A DNA stretch of 64,000 nucleotides from the IMG/VR virus record IMGVR_UViG_3300046786_000599; one strand, given 5' to 3'. A program made the position numbers and the translations under genes. Of this stretch, positions 1 through 10,261 are shown in pieces; within the stretch, counting starts at the first letter, position 1; each line of letters begins with the position of its first letter. The stretch is from an uncultured virus (IMG/VR IMGVR_UViG_3300046786_000599) (lineage: Duplodnaviria; Heunggongvirae; Uroviricota; Caudoviricetes). Below the pieces are notes generated by a model, which made no database searches, was not told where the DNA came from, and saw only the letters and a program-made list of their open reading frames with translations.

Positions 1-2
1 CT

Positions 3-377
3 AGAGTTCTTTCAAAAGAAACCAGGGAAAAAATGAGAAACTCAAGAATTGAATATTTAAAAAGAACAAATGGATATTATTATCCAAATTTTAATTTTAA
101 AGCATGTGAATATTTTAAGTTGTTGGAAGAACAAAATAACTGGGATGGGTTGTATGCTACAAAAAACAAAGAATACGAAATGTTTAATGGAAAATATTTT
201 GTAGATTATTACGAACCGACTTTAAATATAGTTGTAGAATACGATGAACCTCACCACTATCTTAAAAACGGAAATCTTCGAAAAAAAGATATAAAAAGAA
301 TGGGTGAGATAAAAGAATTTTTGAATTGTAAGTTTTTTCGGTATAATGCGATGAGTAGTGAATTAAAGGAATATTAA
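3..377 (+). CDS. Homing endonuclease-like protein (NUMOD3 + Vsr/DUF559-like PD-(D/E)XK domain), 5' truncated by window edge
   Basis: Frame is open from position 3 (RVLSKETREKMRNS, NUMOD3-like). C-terminal YFVDYYEPTLNIVVEYDEPHH resembles the ORF at 57753. Confidence 0.65.
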   Translation, partial: RVLSKETREKMRNSRIEYLKRTNGYYYPNFNFKACEYFKLLEEQNNWDGLYATKNKEYEMFNGKYFVDYYEPTLNIVVEYDEPHHYLKNGNLRKKDIKRMGEIKEFLNCKFFRYNAMSSELKEY

Positions 378-380
378 AAA

Positions 381-1802
381 ATGAGTGAAAATAAACATAT
401 TGTAGATAACCTTCGTAAATTCGGAAACGAATTTCAAACAAAGTGTGTAGCAAGTTTGTTGTCGGATAAAGCGTTTTTGGAAAGAATTTTAGATATTTTA
501 TCTCCAGATTATTTTGAAGCAGATTCTTCCAAATGGATAGTTGGGGAAATCACAACGTATTTCCTTCAATATAAAGACATTCCAACAATGACTGTTTTCA
601 AAGTTCGTAGTGATACAATAACAAACGATGTTTTGAGAAAAGCTGTAATTGATCAACTTAGAAACGTATATCAAAAAATTTCAGATACCGATATCAACTA
701 TGTCAAAGAAACGTTTCTTGAGTTTTGTAGAAACCAGAGCTTAAAAAATGCAATGTTAGTTGGTGTGGAATATCTAAAGTTAGGAGAATATGAAAAGATT
801 CGTGCCGCAATTGATAAGGCTTTGAAAGCTGGAGCGGAGAGAAATCTTGGTCACGATTACTTTTTAGATGTAGATCAACGGTTGAGCGATATTGCTCGTT
901 CTTGTGTTAAAACTGGATGGGGGTTGATTGATTCACTGTTGGATGGAGGATTGGCTCCTGGAGAATTGGGGGTTATCATATCTTCTGCTGGTGGTGGTAA
1001 ATCTTGGTGTTTGGCTCGGTTAGGAGCTGAAGCAATGATGCAAGGGAAGAATGTTATTCATTACACATTAGAATTGAATGAGAATTATGTAGGTCGTAGA
1101 TATGATGCATGTTTCACTGGATTTGATTTTCAAGCAATTCCAAAACAAAAAGAAGTGGTTAAGAAACGTGTTGATGACATGAAGGCTCAGCCAGGCATGG
1201 GTAAGTTAAGAGTTAAATACTTCCCCATCAAAACAATATCTGCGATGTCTATTAAGTCTCATTTAGAGAGATGTCAGATGATTGAAGGTATTAAATATGA
1301 TATAATTATCGTCGATTATGCTGATATTCTTCGTCCCATTGTAGCTGAAAAAAATTCTAACTCGTATTCGGAAGCTGGTTCTATTTACGAAGAACTTCGT
1401 ATGATTGCTGGTGAACTACAGATTCCAGTATGGACAGCTTCTCAAGGAAACCGTGGTTCGTCAGAAGAAGATATCATAACAGCATCAAATGTAGCTGATT
1501 CTTATCGAAAAATTATGACAGCTGATTTTGTTATGTCCTTGTCCAGGAAGATGGAAGATAAGGTAGCAAATACGGCTAGGTTTCATATAATTAAAAACCG
1601 TTTCGGTTGTGATGGAATTACATTCCCATCAATTTTTAATTCGTCAAACGGATCTATTACTATGTATGATCAATCGTCTAAAGAAGGTATTGATCTTCAA
1701 TCGAAAATGGATGATGGAGAAAATGTTGTAAAGAAAATGTTGTCGGATAAATGGCAACAACATTCTAAGAGTGGGGAAGATGTAGATCCCGATTCTGTAT
1801 AA
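381..1802 (+). CDS. Replicative DNA helicase (DnaB / T4 gp41-like)
   Basis: Walker A SSAGGGKS, HYTLEL, IIVDYADIL, VWTASQGNR, IIKNRFG. Confidence 0.93.
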   Translation: MSENKHIVDNLRKFGNEFQTKCVASLLSDKAFLERILDILSPDYFEADSSKWIVGEITTYFLQYKDIPTMTVFKVRSDTITNDVLRKAVIDQLRNVYQKISDTDINYVKETFLEFCRNQSLKNAMLVGVEYLKLGEYEKIRAAIDKALKAGAERNLGHDYFLDVDQRLSDIARSCVKTGWGLIDSLLDGGLAPGELGVIISSAGGGKSWCLARLGAEAMMQGKNVIHYTLELNENYVGRRYDACFTGFDFQAIPKQKEVVKKRVDDMKAQPGMGKLRVKYFPIKTISAMSIKSHLERCQMIEGIKYDIIIVDYADILRPIVAEKNSNSYSEAGSIYEELRMIAGELQIPVWTASQGNRGSSEEDIITASNVADSYRKIMTADFVMSLSRKMEDKVANTARFHIIKNRFGCDGITFPSIFNSSNGSITMYDQSSKEGIDLQSKMDDGENVVKKMLSDKWQQHSKSGEDVDPDSV

Positions 1803-1876
1803 AAAGTCTTACATTCCGTGAGAAAAGTTTCTACTTATATTTGCGTCAAGTTTTAATTATGAAAGAGGAAAAAAAT

Positions 1877-4528
1877 ATGTCCAGTAGTTCTATGTTTGTA
1901 GATGAAGTTTTAGTAAAGTATGAAGATGTAAAGGAACAAACAACCGAAGAATATTTTAACAACAACAAGTTCTCGATAGATGCCTTTAAAAAGAAATATA
2001 CTCTGTATCCAGAAGAAACGTATGTTCAAGCAGTAAAACGTGTTTGTGATTTTATTGCTTCGGTTGAAAAAACGGAAGAGTTGAGAAAATATTGGAGTGA
2101 ACGATGGTTTAGTGAAATATACAATGATTGGTGGCATCCCGCTGGTTCAATTATGCAAGGTGCTGGTTCAGGCAGAAAAATTTCATTGGCTAATTGTACT
2201 CATAATAGTTTAGGCGGTCTCCATCCTGATGAAGAGTGGGATAGTTTGGAAAGTATCGTTAAAAACACATCTTACACAGTTGCAAAATGTGCAGCTTTTA
2301 GACAAGGGCTTGGTGTAGATTTTTCTCGTCTTCGTCCTGCTGGAACCAAAGTATTGAACTCAGCAAATGAATCGACGGGTGCTGTACATTGGATGAAATT
2401 TGTAGATAGCATCGGTTATTATGTTGGCCAAAAGGGACGTATTCCAGCCATGTTGTTTTCTCTTTCTATTCATCATCCTGACGTAGAAAAGTTTATCACA
2501 ATCAAAGGAGATTATACACAAATTCAAAATGCTAATATTTCGGTCCAATGTACTGAAGCGTTTTATAAAGCCGTCGAAAACGATTCTGATTGGGAATTAA
2601 CTTTTGATATACCAGAAGTTAAAAAGGGTGATAAGGTTTATGTAGACGTTCATAGCGTTGATATGAATTGTACTAAGGAAAAAGAAACAGGAAAATATTA
2701 TAAGATTGCGTCACATAGTAGGTCGAAAGAAGTTTTCACTAAAATTGTTAAGGCTAGAGAACTTCTTAAATTGATTGCAAAAAACATGCATTCAAATGCA
2801 GAGCCAGGAATTCAGAACATTGATTTGGCTAGAAAATATTCTAACTCCGATGCGATGTATGATCCAAATGACGAATACGATTCTCGTATTATTGGAACTA
2901 ATGCTTGCTCCGAACAATATTTGAGTCGTGATTCTCTCTGCGTATTAGGTTCGATAAATTGTGGGAGATTTTCTACTCTTCCTGAAATCTATGTAGCTCA
3001 GCTAGAGAAGATAGGAAAATCCATCAACCGATTTCTTGATAATGTTAATGAATCTGAGTTGGTTCATCAGACTTTTGCTACTCCACATCAAGAGTTAGCT
3101 ATTCGAAAACTCAGAAGAACTGGTGCAGGCGTAACTAATATTGCAGCTTGGTTGTTCAAGAAACACCTTATCTATGGAACACAGGAAGCCAATGATGCTT
3201 TTGAAGAGTTCATGAAGATTTATAATTACTGGATGTATATTGGAACAGAAGAACTAGGAAAGGAAAAAGGAGACTTCGGACTTTTCAATGTAAAGAAATG
3301 GAAGGCTGCTCCTTTTGTTGCTAGAATCATTGAAGAATCTAAAAAAATTGCTGAAACATACAAGACTCCGGTGATGACAGGAAATTATGCTCGTAATGTG
3401 ACGTGTTCTTCTATTGCTCCAACAGGAACCCTTACATTAATGTTTAGGGATACCGCATTCAGTTATGGTATTGAACCTGCTTTTTTCCTTTATTATTGGA
3501 AGAGAACTCGTATGGCTGGTAAGTATGAATATTATTTCAATGTTCCTAAAGTTGTAAGAGAAGCTTTCGAGACAGCAGGATTCCGTATTCCTATGGAATC
3601 TGATACTGTAAAAGACGATTGGGATGGCAGATTAGGTAAACCAATTGCAAAGTTTATAGATGAACATAAGGAAAAGGCTGGAATCAAATTCAAGACTTCT
3701 ATCCAAATTACTGCTGTAGATAAATTACAATTTATGGCTCAGGTTATGAAATGGGTGGATTCATCTATTTCGGTAACTTATATGTTGCCAGAAGGTTCTA
3801 CTTGGAAGGATGTCTATAATTTTATTATTGAGGCACATCGCAAGGAAGTCAAATCAATCGCTGCTTTCCCCGACAAGAAAATGTATGGAATTGTATCAGA
3901 ATCTCCGTTTAAAGATCTAGCATTAAAATTACAAGAAGAAGGTGTATCAATTCACCACCAAAACTTTGATGATAATGAATTGAAGGTAATGAATATATCT
4001 AGAGAGAATATCAAACCACAAACCAATTCTGCTCCAAAAAGACTAGACTCTTTAGATGCCGATATTTATGTTGTCTCTGTCAAGAACGAGAAATTCTGTA
4101 TTGTTATTGGTTTACAGAATAATCAACCTTATGAAATTTTTGGTGGACACCTTAACGGACTCGGATTGAAGTCTAACTTCAAAAAAGGCAAGATTATTAA
4201 AGTTAAGAAGGCTCAATATGCTTTGGAGTTCGATGATATTTATATTGAAGATTTTTCTAAACAATTTACTCCAACAGAACAAATTTTGTTTAGAATGACT
4301 TCTACTAGTTTAAGATACGGCGTTCCTATTCAGTTTGTGGTAGATCAGTTACAGAAGGCTACACAAGATATTACTTCTATGGGGTCAGCCGCGGCTCGTT
4401 GTTTAAAGAAATATATTAAAGACGGTGAAAAGGTTCATAATCAATCTTGTCCAAGTTGTGGAAATGGGTTAATTTTTATGGAAGGTTGTGTAACCTGTTC
4501 TACTTGCGGATATAGTAGATGTAGTTAA
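1877..4528 (+). CDS. nrdJ: Class II (adenosylcobalamin-dependent) ribonucleotide reductase with C-terminal TSCPD/Zn-ribbon region
   Basis: SLANC, GVDFSRLRP, TNACSE, SIAPTGT, DSSISVT, C-terminal CPSC..EGCVTCSTCGYSRC. Start chosen at ATG 1877 after GAGG. No beta subunit nearby. Confidence 0.88.
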   Translation: MSSSSMFVDEVLVKYEDVKEQTTEEYFNNNKFSIDAFKKKYTLYPEETYVQAVKRVCDFIASVEKTEELRKYWSERWFSEIYNDWWHPAGSIMQGAGSGRKISLANCTHNSLGGLHPDEEWDSLESIVKNTSYTVAKCAAFRQGLGVDFSRLRPAGTKVLNSANESTGAVHWMKFVDSIGYYVGQKGRIPAMLFSLSIHHPDVEKFITIKGDYTQIQNANISVQCTEAFYKAVENDSDWELTFDIPEVKKGDKVYVDVHSVDMNCTKEKETGKYYKIASHSRSKEVFTKIVKARELLKLIAKNMHSNAEPGIQNIDLARKYSNSDAMYDPNDEYDSRIIGTNACSEQYLSRDSLCVLGSINCGRFSTLPEIYVAQLEKIGKSINRFLDNVNESELVHQTFATPHQELAIRKLRRTGAGVTNIAAWLFKKHLIYGTQEANDAFEEFMKIYNYWMYIGTEELGKEKGDFGLFNVKKWKAAPFVARIIEESKKIAETYKTPVMTGNYARNVTCSSIAPTGTLTLMFRDTAFSYGIEPAFFLYYWKRTRMAGKYEYYFNVPKVVREAFETAGFRIPMESDTVKDDWDGRLGKPIAKFIDEHKEKAGIKFKTSIQITAVDKLQFMAQVMKWVDSSISVTYMLPEGSTWKDVYNFIIEAHRKEVKSIAAFPDKKMYGIVSESPFKDLALKLQEEGVSIHHQNFDDNELKVMNISRENIKPQTNSAPKRLDSLDADIYVVSVKNEKFCIVIGLQNNQPYEIFGGHLNGLGLKSNFKKGKIIKVKKAQYALEFDDIYIEDFSKQFTPTEQILFRMTSTSLRYGVPIQFVVDQLQKATQDITSMGSAAARCLKKYIKDGEKVHNQSCPSCGNGLIFMEGCVTCSTCGYSRCS

Positions 4529-4593
4529 AGCATATAATTATTTATATCAACAGATTTATTTGAATATTTATATATGTTGACGTAATTATATTT

Positions 4594-5295
4594 ATGCCTA
4601 TGAGTGATACACATTTGGAACCGAGAGTAGCTAAACTAGAAGAAGGTTTGGGACGCTTGACAGAAGATGTACGTAGTCTTGCTAGTATTGTTAGAGATCA
4701 AGGAAGTACAGTCGAGAAACAACTCAGCGAATTAACAATCGCGGTGACACAAGCGGCTGGTCCGAAGAAAACAGACTGGGGGACGTTAATATCTGCGATA
4801 TTACTTATAATGGCTATTGGTTCCGCGGTTTTCTGGCCTTTAAATCAAACCGTTCAAGAAAATAAAATGGCTGTTGAAACATTAAACAACTCATTTCAAG
4901 ATCACGGTCAATTAACACTACATCCTGTCGGACAAGCTCTTATACAGAGATTGGAATTGCAATTAAAAGATCATATTGAAGACAACAGACAGGAAATGGA
5001 AGATCACCTAAAAGATGCTAGAGAAATGCATGCTGTTATGATGAAAGACATAACTAAACAAAACGAATATATTCAAAGAATACACGATTTAGAACTTGCA
5101 GCATTAAAAGAAAAAACCCAGCTTCATGACGATAGACTTTATGGAAGAGTTGTTAAACTTGAAGATAGAAATTCTTTGGAAATTGAACGTGAGAAGGATG
5201 AACTTCAAATGTGGAGAATGAGAGCACTGGGAATTACATCTGAACCATCAGTTAGTACTCATACTCACGAAGTTATAGAACAGAAAAAAGATTGA
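4594..5295 (+). CDS. Single-pass membrane protein with coiled coils (possible lysis accessory protein)
   Basis: Hydrophobic segment WGTLISAILLIMAIGSAVFWPL flanked by heptad-like helices; TATTTAT motifs upstream. Confidence 0.5.
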   Translation: MPMSDTHLEPRVAKLEEGLGRLTEDVRSLASIVRDQGSTVEKQLSELTIAVTQAAGPKKTDWGTLISAILLIMAIGSAVFWPLNQTVQENKMAVETLNNSFQDHGQLTLHPVGQALIQRLELQLKDHIEDNRQEMEDHLKDAREMHAVMMKDITKQNEYIQRIHDLELAALKEKTQLHDDRLYGRVVKLEDRNSLEIEREKDELQMWRMRALGITSEPSVSTHTHEVIEQKKD

Positions 5296-5320
5296 TGTTT
5301 TAGTTTGGTTCTGTTAGTCT
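5292..5320 (+). promoter_or_regulatory. sigma70-like promoter, probably leaderless
   Basis: TTGATG-17nt-TAGTCT with TG extension, 7 nt before ATG 5328. Confidence 0.5.
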
Positions 5321-5327
5321 TTTGTAA

Positions 5328-6101
5328 ATGGAAGGTTTCTATTTCAACCCAAACAATTTTGTAATTCGTTCTATAAGCAAATCTGTTGCTAAGAATTTGA
5401 TTATAAAAAATCATTATTCTCATAAATGGACGATGTGTCAAGTTGCCTATGGCATTTTTCTTAAAGAAGAAATTGAAAATGAGTTTATAGAAGGTGATTT
5501 TGAGAAACTTGTGGGTGTATGTGTTTATGGTTCTCCTGTAGGTAGGTCTGCGGCTGATTCTTTTTGTTCTCTTGTTAAGAACGACGAAGTATTTGAGTTA
5601 ACAAGACTTTGGGTGGCTGATGGTTATGGAAGAAATGTCGAAAGTTGGTTTATATCCCAAACTTTTAAACAACTGAAAATAGAATATCCTCGTATTAAAA
5701 TAGTATTGAGTTATTCTGATGAAGAACAAGGACATAAAGGAATTATTTATCAAGCTACTGGTTTTTACTATCAAGGAAACAAATCAATTGCTTTGATGCC
5801 AAACTTTTCGGTTTCTTTAATTGGTCCTCCTTACGAATGGATACATTCAAGAACGGTTCAATCTACTTATGGTTCTCATAATGTAGAATACTTAAAAAAG
5901 AAGATAGGACATACGTTTTGGCGTAAAAAGGAGTCTACGAAACACCGTTATTTTTATGTTTTGACTAATAAGGTTGAAAAGAAGAAGATATTAGCTAATT
6001 TAAAACACTCTTGTTTACCATATCCGAAGGATACTAAGTTTGAAGAAGAAATAGAAGAAATTAAGGTGGAAACGATTAGAGAAAATCCATTTTTTACGTA
6101 A
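5328..6101 (+). CDS. Mom-family (GNAT-fold) DNA base-modification protein
   Basis: IIKNHYSH, GVCVYGSP, ELTRLW, RNVESWFIS, SYSDEEQGHKGIIYQATGFYYQG match the Mu Mom family pattern. Confidence 0.8.
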   Translation: MEGFYFNPNNFVIRSISKSVAKNLIIKNHYSHKWTMCQVAYGIFLKEEIENEFIEGDFEKLVGVCVYGSPVGRSAADSFCSLVKNDEVFELTRLWVADGYGRNVESWFISQTFKQLKIEYPRIKIVLSYSDEEQGHKGIIYQATGFYYQGNKSIALMPNFSVSLIGPPYEWIHSRTVQSTYGSHNVEYLKKKIGHTFWRKKESTKHRYFYVLTNKVEKKKILANLKHSCLPYPKDTKFEEEIEEIKVETIRENPFFT

Positions 6102-6127
6102 CGTGTTAATATTTATATCTGAAAAGT

Positions 6128-6865
6128 ATGAATAAAGAACAATTCCGCCAATACGTTAAATCCATTCTCCTTGAGGTTAAAAAGGAAAAAGACGATGGGA
6201 CAAAGAAAGATCCAAAGGCTAAAGATTATTTGGATAGCACTGCGTCTAAATACAAGAAAGATGTAGATGGAGGTTTTGACGAGACATCAGCAAAGTTAGT
6301 TCAACAAATCGGACGAATTGTCAAGAAAATCGACAAGCAAGCTTCGTGTGTCTTAGACGATCATAATGACATTACCGCAATTCTTCCTGGAGAGTTTAGA
6401 ATTCGTATTTCTCCAAGAGGAGCTTCTTTATTTAATGTCGAAGCTTTCCGAAACATGACAGATAGGGTTTATGCTATTTCACTGTCTGCGGAACAAGTAA
6501 TTGATTTTGTTAAAGTCAATTTTGCAATAAGAAAGAAGGGATACGTTCAATCGGCATATGATAAGTCGATGGAAAACATGAAGGATGCTTCTGAAAAGAA
6601 ATCAAAAGAACTTCCAAAAGGAGAAACTGTTAAAGCAATTGAAGTTCCTGAGAAGGATGTTGAGGATGCAGTTACGGATAAGAAAGACCTTCCAGACGCT
6701 CCTATGTCGCCAGCAGAGGATCCAAAACGACAAGAGGATCACGGTGTTGAGAAGGCAAAGAATATGCCAAAGTCCGTTAAGATGGCTCATAAAGAGGTAG
6801 ATGATACGTTGGTTATTGGCAAAAAGGATTTCGGTGATACGTCTAAAATCGGTAAGAAGGTTTAA
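6128..6865 (+). CDS. Hypothetical charged protein, possibly virion-internal
   Basis: 245-aa ORF with N-terminal MNKEQFRQYVKSILLE and upstream ATATTTATAT motif. Confidence 0.5.
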   Translation: MNKEQFRQYVKSILLEVKKEKDDGTKKDPKAKDYLDSTASKYKKDVDGGFDETSAKLVQQIGRIVKKIDKQASCVLDDHNDITAILPGEFRIRISPRGASLFNVEAFRNMTDRVYAISLSAEQVIDFVKVNFAIRKKGYVQSAYDKSMENMKDASEKKSKELPKGETVKAIEVPEKDVEDAVTDKKDLPDAPMSPAEDPKRQEDHGVEKAKNMPKSVKMAHKEVDDTLVIGKKDFGDTSKIGKKV

Positions 6866-6871
6866 TTTGGG

Positions 6872-6900
6872 TTGACATGTAATAGAAAAACGATTACATT
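6872..6900 (+). promoter_or_regulatory. sigma70-like promoter
   Basis: TTGACA-17nt-TACATT upstream of the AAA gene. Confidence 0.6.
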
Positions 6901-6911
6901 GTCCCCACATT

Positions 6912-7865
6912 ATGACCAAAACCGAGCTTCTTGAGTTTCTTTCTACGGCCGATAAAATAAAGCCGGCAGACTTTATTATTGATTCCCTTAAGTGGCGATA
7001 TCTTTTGTGGGCCGCTGTAAAAGGAAAAAATATCCTTTTACTAGGTCCGACTAGATGTGGCAAAACCAAAGCGGCTCAGTCGGTTGTAAAAGCATTAAAC
7101 AAAATTGACAAGTTCTTCTATTTCAATATGGGGTCTACGCAGGATGCTAGAGCAATGTTGATTGGCAACACCCTTCTCAAAAAAGAGTCTGGGACCATCT
7201 TCGCTCCTTCTCAGTTTGTTAAAGCAATCAGCACTAAAAATTCGTTTATTCTGTTGGATGAAATTACTCGCGGTCATCACGACGCTTGGAATATTTTGAT
7301 GCCTGTTATTGACCCTACACAACGTTATCTTAGATTGGATGAAACGGAAACATCCGAGGTTATTCATGTTGCTGAAGGAGTAACATTTATGGCTACGGCA
7401 AATATTGGAACAGAATATACAGCAACTAAAGTTTTGGATAAGGCTGTTTCCGCTCGGTTTCCTGTTAAAGTTGAGATGGAACCATTGAGCAAAAGCGATG
7501 AAATTAAATTGCTTAATTTTAACAACCCAAATGCTACTAAAGAGGAGAAAGACGTATTCATGTCAATTTGTGAAATAGCAGAACACACTCGAAAACAGTT
7601 CAAAAAAGAGGATGGGAAAATTACAACTTTCATTCCAACGGGTGCTGTAATTGAAATGGCCGAATTGGTTGGTGATGGGTTTGAATTGTCTGAAATTGCT
7701 GAGGTTGCTATCTATCCAGATTATTCTCCTGATGGAGGTACGGATTCCGAACGAACATACATCAAACAGTTGGTTCAGAAATATATTAAACCTCCTACGA
7801 CTAAAAATCCTATTAACGATCCTTTGAAGAAAAACGAGGATGACACGGAAGATGTTCCGTTTTAA
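6912..7865 (+). CDS. MoxR/CbbQ/CobS-like AAA+ ATPase
   Basis: GPTRCGKT, LLDEITR, ATANIG, LDKAVSARF. Confidence 0.88.
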   Translation: MTKTELLEFLSTADKIKPADFIIDSLKWRYLLWAAVKGKNILLLGPTRCGKTKAAQSVVKALNKIDKFFYFNMGSTQDARAMLIGNTLLKKESGTIFAPSQFVKAISTKNSFILLDEITRGHHDAWNILMPVIDPTQRYLRLDETETSEVIHVAEGVTFMATANIGTEYTATKVLDKAVSARFPVKVEMEPLSKSDEIKLLNFNNPNATKEEKDVFMSICEIAEHTRKQFKKEDGKITTFIPTGAVIEMAELVGDGFELSEIAEVAIYPDYSPDGGTDSERTYIKQLVQKYIKPPTTKNPINDPLKKNEDDTEDVPF

Positions 7866-7868
7866 TCA

Positions 7869-10175
7869 ATGTCTAAGAAATTTAAAGAAAAAGTAAAAAG
7901 CGTATGGTCTGACTTTTGGTTGGACGATGACGATTTTGAAGAGTTAGACGTTTCATTTGGTTCTAAGAACTCTGTTTTAAATACAGGAGTCCTTGATCGG
8001 AATACGTTGAAATTGGCTTCTAGCCGTCGTGCCATTGCCAATTTTGTAAACATCCTCACTGGAGAAGACATCCCTGTTTATTTTTGGGGTGGCGATAAGA
8101 CTGGTGCTACGGATGGTAAGGTTGTTTATCTCTCCGCTGATATTGTAAAAAAAGAAGATTTCGATTCTGCTGTTGGTCTTGCTCTTCACGAAGGTTCACA
8201 CATTGTTCTTACAGATTTTGATTTAATCAAAACTCTGTGGGGACGCATCAGTGAATTGTACAAATTGGGTAAGGTAGTTGGAATTGACAAGGAACAAGTC
8301 AAGTGTTTCACCCATTTGATGGTCAACTATGTTGAAGACAGATACATAGACAATTACATCTTCACTACTGCTCCTGGATATAGACCATATTATGTTGCTT
8401 TATACGACAAATATTTCAACAATGAAATAATCAGCAAACAACTACAGAGTAAGTTGATGAGGCATCCCAATTTGGCTTCTTATGAAGCTAGGATTATCAA
8501 CTTAACAAACCCACACACTGATTTGGATGCTCTTCCTGGATTAAGAGAGATTGCTGAAGAAATTTCTTTGGAGAACATTGGTAGACTAAAAACTCCCAAA
8601 GATAGAATAAAAATTGCCACAGAAATAGTTAAAACGGTGTTTAAAAACATAAAGAAATGTGTTGAAGAACAGAGTCAGAATGGAATGGGTGGAAAGAACT
8701 CTAATGACCCAAATCAGAATGGTAATGATAAAAAAGAGATTCTATTTGATATAAAGTTAGATGATTCGGATAACGATTTGGATAAGGATAAAGACGACAA
8801 AAAAGGAAAACCTCTTGATAGAAAAGACGGAGAAAAAAAATTGGGTAAATCGAAATCTAAAGGCAAAGAAGAGGGTGATGACGAAAAATCAGATGAACAA
8901 AATGAAGATGATGTTTTAGGTGGAGAAAAACAAGAAGCTGAGAAATCAGATGATTCCCCAAAACAACCTTCCGAAACAAATGATGATTTGGGGTCCGACT
9001 CAAATGATATCAAAAAAGAACTCCAAGTTATTAAGAAAATAATAGAAATTCAAAAAGAGTTTATTGAAACTCATGGTAATGTTGTGAAAAAATCTGTTAG
9101 TGCGAAACAGAAATCTTTGTTGGATATCATAGAGAAGAGTGGAATTGTTTTGGTTAAAGTTGGAATGGATTTGATTCCTGGAAACGATAAGGCTGTTGGA
9201 ATTGAATGCGTAGTGGTCAAAAAAATGACCAAAGACCTTATGTTTTCAGGAATGTTTCCGATGTGTAAAACAAAACTAATATTTCCAAATTCATTTAATG
9301 ACCAATTCCAAATTGATCCTCCTGAAAATGTAAAAAATGCTGTTGTTAAAGGAATTCAACTTGGAACTTTGTTGGGCAAAAAACTACAAATTCGTCAAGA
9401 AACAAATACTACTATTTTTCCAAGGAGAACCTCTGGAAAGATATTGAGACGACATTTGGCAGATGTTGGTTGTGACATAGAATCTATTTTCTATAAAACG
9501 AAGATGGATAAGTATGACAAATTGAATCTTCATATCTCTGTAGATGCTTCGTCTTCTATGACGGAAGGCGGTAAATGGGAACGAACAATGACTATGGTGG
9601 TTGCTATTTGTAAAGCAGCTTCTATGATTGATAATCTTAGAGTTGTTGTTTCTTTTAGATCCACTATAGAAAACAAATCGTCTGTAGGTTTTTCGCAGAT
9701 GAACTCATATTTGCCATACGTTGTGTGTGCATATGATTCCGCTAAAGACAAGTTTTCCAAGGTCAAAAATCTCTTTCCATATCTTATTGCTAATGGAGCA
9801 ACTCCTGAAGGATTGGCTTTTGAAGCAACTATGGATGAACTGATTTGTCAAAAGGCTGGAGAGTCGTATTATTTTCTGACTATATCGGATGGAGAACCGG
9901 CGTATAACTATAGCAGTGAAAATGGCATCCACATTACTTACAACATGATTGTGGGAGCGGATCACACCCGAAAACAATACAAGAAGATTCTAGCAACGGG
10001 TGTTAAAGGGATGGCATACTTTATTAAAGGGGCTGTACAACACTGGGCATCGGCACCAGACGCTCATGAAAAATGTTTTCGTCACATGTACGGAAACGAT
10101 GCTAAGTTCATTGATGTTAACAACGTAACCTCTATAGCGAAAACCATGAACGGTCTTTTTTTGGAGAAGGATTAA
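7869..10175 (+). CDS. Zincin-like metallopeptidase + acidic linker + vWA domain protein (CobT-like partner of the AAA ATPase)
   Basis: ALHEGSH, NYVEDRYID, D/E/K-rich linker, MIDAS DASSSM, GATPE, ISDGEP. Confidence 0.85.
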   Translation: MSKKFKEKVKSVWSDFWLDDDDFEELDVSFGSKNSVLNTGVLDRNTLKLASSRRAIANFVNILTGEDIPVYFWGGDKTGATDGKVVYLSADIVKKEDFDSAVGLALHEGSHIVLTDFDLIKTLWGRISELYKLGKVVGIDKEQVKCFTHLMVNYVEDRYIDNYIFTTAPGYRPYYVALYDKYFNNEIISKQLQSKLMRHPNLASYEARIINLTNPHTDLDALPGLREIAEEISLENIGRLKTPKDRIKIATEIVKTVFKNIKKCVEEQSQNGMGGKNSNDPNQNGNDKKEILFDIKLDDSDNDLDKDKDDKKGKPLDRKDGEKKLGKSKSKGKEEGDDEKSDEQNEDDVLGGEKQEAEKSDDSPKQPSETNDDLGSDSNDIKKELQVIKKIIEIQKEFIETHGNVVKKSVSAKQKSLLDIIEKSGIVLVKVGMDLIPGNDKAVGIECVVVKKMTKDLMFSGMFPMCKTKLIFPNSFNDQFQIDPPENVKNAVVKGIQLGTLLGKKLQIRQETNTTIFPRRTSGKILRRHLADVGCDIESIFYKTKMDKYDKLNLHISVDASSSMTEGGKWERTMTMVVAICKAASMIDNLRVVVSFRSTIENKSSVGFSQMNSYLPYVVCAYDSAKDKFSKVKNLFPYLIANGATPEGLAFEATMDELICQKAGESYYFLTISDGEPAYNYSSENGIHITYNMIVGADHTRKQYKKILATGVKGMAYFIKGAVQHWASAPDAHEKCFRHMYGNDAKFIDVNNVTSIAKTMNGLFLEKD

Positions 10176-10183
10176 CATTAAAG

Positions 10184-10212
10184 TTGACAACATAAATTGT
10201 CTGTGATAAAGT
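10184..10212 (+). promoter_or_regulatory. sigma70-like promoter
   Basis: TTGACA-17nt-TAAAGT with TG extension; TATAAT also at 10212-10217. Confidence 0.55.
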
Positions 10213-10261
10213 ATAATCACAACTTCAAATGAAGTAAAATAAAAACCGGAGAAATAAAACT

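Noticed and set aside
8690..9015. Repeat-like GA-rich stretch
   Set aside because: It is the low-complexity D/E/K linker of the vWA protein, not a DNA repeat.
6912..10175. Cobalamin biosynthesis CobS/CobT
   Set aside because: No CobN or other cob genes, and the partner carries a peptidase motif.
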